Part shown: positions 61,301-64,000 of the stretch, one piece after another
Layout of the letters: the number at the start of each line of letters is the position of its first letter
Numbering within the stretch: position 1 is the first letter of the stretch
Source: Antedon mediterranea
Lineage: Eukaryota; Animalia; Echinodermata
Direction: 5' to 3'
DNA length: 64,000 bases
Assembly (NCBI RefSeq): GCF_964355755.1
Contig: NC_092670.1
Location: 14,866,795-14,930,794, forward strand
Notes under the pieces: generated by a model
Database searches by the model: none
Told to the model about the DNA's origin: nothing
What the model saw: the letters and a program-made list of their open reading frames with translations, nothing else
Program-made: the position numbers and the translations under genes

Positions 61301-62848
61301 TGTACTATATTCAATTGAAGTTTATCCATTCATCATCAAGATATTTACATCTATAAGGATTAAAAAAAAGACTACTTAAAAACAAGGAGTTATTCACCAA
61401 GGTACGGATAACTAAATGGACATCAAAGAACACTTCAATGTTCAAAAGCAAAACAAAAAAATATAAATACGCTATATTGATAAATTCAGGAGTAAGCTCA
61501 CCCGAGGGTATAGTGGGACATTTAAACCAAGGCAGACTCAATACTTAGCCTAGTTTAATTTATTACTAATATTTGATAGAGCTACAACTACATACAGTAC
61601 TTCTATAAATAATAAGAATAATTCACTAACAAAATAATAAATTAAAATAGGTTTATACAGCTTATAATCATACCTACAAATGAATACTGAGGTGATGTCT
61701 AGGCACCTAAGTCCTAGTGCTACAGTGTACTTACACAGAGTGTACTTTATGGTGTAAACACACCTTTAAGGTAACCAACTAAAGCTATACAATTTCCATC
61801 ATAATGAAAGATAACTTAATACAATAAAAACAAACATAATAAACACTTGATATAAACAATATACTTAAATTCTTACTGTAGACCAGTACTTTTCTACTCA
61901 ATCAACACGGTTTTAATTTCAACCCCTATAGCTACATCGTAGTAAAATATTTCTCTTTTGAATTGCTATCTATAGATCACGATATTGGAAGCTTTTATGA
62001 ACAAAAACAAAGATATGTGTCCATGGCAATGGATTTATTTGAAAGGATAGCTTGTATTGTTACTTGCATGAGTGAATTACTATTATTTTGACATATAAAG
62101 GAAGTCAGATAGCAGGCTGTTAGTTACTCATAGCTAATTTGATAATCATTATATCCTTCGCCCTCATTCTGTACTCTTTCAAGTTCATTAGAAAACATAA
62201 TCCATAAAACAGTACTCAGCATGACAATTTCTAGTACAAACATATTGCCTAGTATTTCTGAAATTACAAACTTGTTATTTTTTTTTCATTTATAAGTTGA
62301 TTTAAGTTCATGTGTGAAATAACTTAAAAACTAAAATAACAGTACAGATATGAAAATATAGAAAAGAACATTAAACAAAGATTTGTAGGACAGCATAAAA
62401 AGTTAATTTCCATTTGAGTCGTTAGTTAATTAAGCAATAATTAATTAGAAATTAATAAAAAATAAAAATTTGAACAAAAAGACAAACTCACCAGCTCCTC
62501 TGCATGCTGACTTGACGGTGGCGGAGCTGGAGCCTCTGCACCAACTGGTGGATGTCCAAGAGCTGTGTCTCGACTACTGGTCACCAGTACCTCTTCCACA
62601 CAAACTGGTGATGTCTCACGCTCCTCCTCTGTGTCGGACTTAACAAATCTGCTCTGACTAGCAAGTTCCAATTCTTGTTGATCAATCTTCTGTTTCAGAA
62701 ATTCAATATGCTCCTGAGACTGTGTGAATTGTTCGGTCAGATGATCGATTTCTAAGTTTTTCTCATCAATAAGTTTCTGTGCAAATTCTGGCATTGATTC
62801 TTTGCTTTCATAATTCTTTCTATCTTCTTCGGCATGTCTTAATTCATT
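46374..62848 (-). CDS. AKAP9/PCNT: AKAP9/pericentrin-like centrosomal coiled-coil scaffold (C-terminal part with PACT domain); 5' end beyond window
   Basis: Phase-consistent minus-strand exons 62492-62848, 61057-61218, 58995-59165, 58336-58623, 57635-57926, 56963-57333, 56245-56834, 54967-55117, 54253-54474, 53390-53674, 52562-52771, 51332-51520, 49921-50178, 49185-49358, 48810-48971, 48063-48301, 47282-47536, 46611-46735, 46374-46420 (TAA). E/Q/L/K-rich coiled coil; DWRGQLLKAI segment; C-terminal SLSDYIRRLETLQDRL. Confidence 0.9.
48063..48301 (-). CDS. AKAP9/PCNT: PACT domain exon of the AKAP9/pericentrin-like gene
   Basis: LYGKYLRAESFRKALTYQKKYLLLLLGGFQDCEQATL...RFRSAVRVVIA, the PACT signature. 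Confidence 0.95.
52929..53000 (-). mobile_element. Degenerate tRNA-derived SINE head
   Basis: Minus strand GGGGCTGTAGCTTGGTGGTTAAC..GCCTTCCA..GGTCCAGGGTTCAATCC with A and B boxes; stems imperfect. Confidence 0.55.
53735..53890. mobile_element. Tourist-like MITE family (copies also at ~27590-27720, 47003-47152, 47602-47735, 47925-48052, 51176-51277, 52455-52542)
   Basis: TIR ..CTGTCTACACTATCAAAC / GTTTGATAGTGTAGACAGAGCTTTA; internal TGTGATGTGCCC..ATATGGTAGTGATATGACATCATC motifs. Confidence 0.75.
55576..55596 (-). CDS. Candidate 21-nt in-frame microexon of the AKAP9/PCNT-like gene
   Basis: gttacAG|AAATGTTGCTGAATCTGCCTT|GTAAGT; phase 2-2, matching the flanking exons; no stop. Confidence 0.45.
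60806..60875 (+). mobile_element. Highly degenerate tRNA-derived SINE head
   Basis: TGGTCTAGCG A-box-like and GGTTCAAATCC B-box at tRNA-like spacing. Confidence 0.35.
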
Positions 62849-64000
62849 CTATAAAAATAATAAAAACAATTACAATATGAATATTTCTAATATGTATAAT
62901 AATATATTAATAAGGAAAATATTTCTAAAATATTATTTAAAAAAATATGTCTAATAACAAACAATGTACATTTTGTGCTTGTTAATTTGAATACGGTATA
63001 TAGTGAAAAAACACTGGATAGTGAGAACAAAGTGGAAAATAGTAATTATGTTTATCCTGTCTGTTGCGTGCAAAAATAATATTTTGCTAAAAATAATTTT
63101 CACTTGAACATCACGCAAAAGGAAAAACATAAACAGATCTACTTTTTAAAATACTAACCTTTTAAAAACAACTAGAATGCTACAAAATACAAACAACAGA
63201 AGTATATCTATCCTTCATACAACATGAAATAGATGCTTTGTGTTAATCTATCAACTAACTATATTAATTGCACCTGCTCTACAACATTACACACAGAGCA
63301 ATACCATACACTGGCGTTATTGGCAACGTAAGCATATTGTGTTCTTTAAATATTGATTTGAATACAAATTAACTACAATACTGGTGTAAAAAAAGCACAA
63401 CGTGGTACCAACTGAATTGATTTCCTTTGTTGTTATCATGCCATGTGGAATTGGTATTTTTAAAATGAGTATCATTGATTGGTATTTTAAAAACAATGAC
63501 ATTGAAATAAAGACACTTGTACTAATACACTGAAAATACACTTATTAATAATTCAAAATTATGTATATTGTCTAAAAAATCCAAACATGGTTATTGACTT
63601 CTTTTGTTCCATGTGGAATACTAGGAGTATTTTACACTGTATCCGGTAATCAACATAATTTCATCATGGGATTAAAATATATAACATACACTATTAAGGG
63701 ATATGGCATTAAAACATAACATACACTAATAAGGGATTTGGCATTAAAATATATTACATATACACTAAGGCACGATGTCAAAATTATTCTACTGCACTTA
63801 CTGCAGTAACTATATTTTGTATCTCTATAACCTGATGCTATTTATTTTTTGTCATACACACTGTTCATTGCAGTGACTTCTACATTGAACAAAATAAAAT
63901 CATACATTATTTCAGTCCAATAAATGTACTTTACTGCATTAAAACAGCAGTAAAATAATTTTAAACTGATCTTTGCCTTTTGCTATTATTTTGTTACTAG

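Overview
AT-rich animal (invertebrate, possibly echinoderm; taxon is a guess) genomic DNA with two intron-rich genes that converge tail-to-tail, both starting outside the window. (1) + strand, 1734-42149: a gel-forming mucin/VWF-family gene. I reconstructed 32 GT-AG exons (~2,445 aa in window): C8-TIL, two N-terminal VWD assemblies, Thr/Pro-rich 11-aa repeats with a CysD (WxxW) domain, two more VWD assemblies, VWC-like modules and an 11-Cys cystine knot. It has one apparent +1 frameshift near 2030. (2) - strand, 46374-62848: an AKAP9/pericentrin-like coiled-coil gene with a C-terminal PACT domain. The mucin introns hold many mobile elements: an intact full-length L1/Tx1 LINE with a 14-bp TSD, a deleted CR1-type LINE, two non-autonomous Helitron families with co-varying 3' hairpins, a five-level nest of DNA transposons (9-, 7- and 8-bp TSDs), and a Penelope-like remnant with a complete type I hammerhead ribozyme and a tRNA-like insert. 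A ~121-bp satellite array and an L2 3' end lie between the two genes. All calls come from reading the sequence by eye; no database searches were run.
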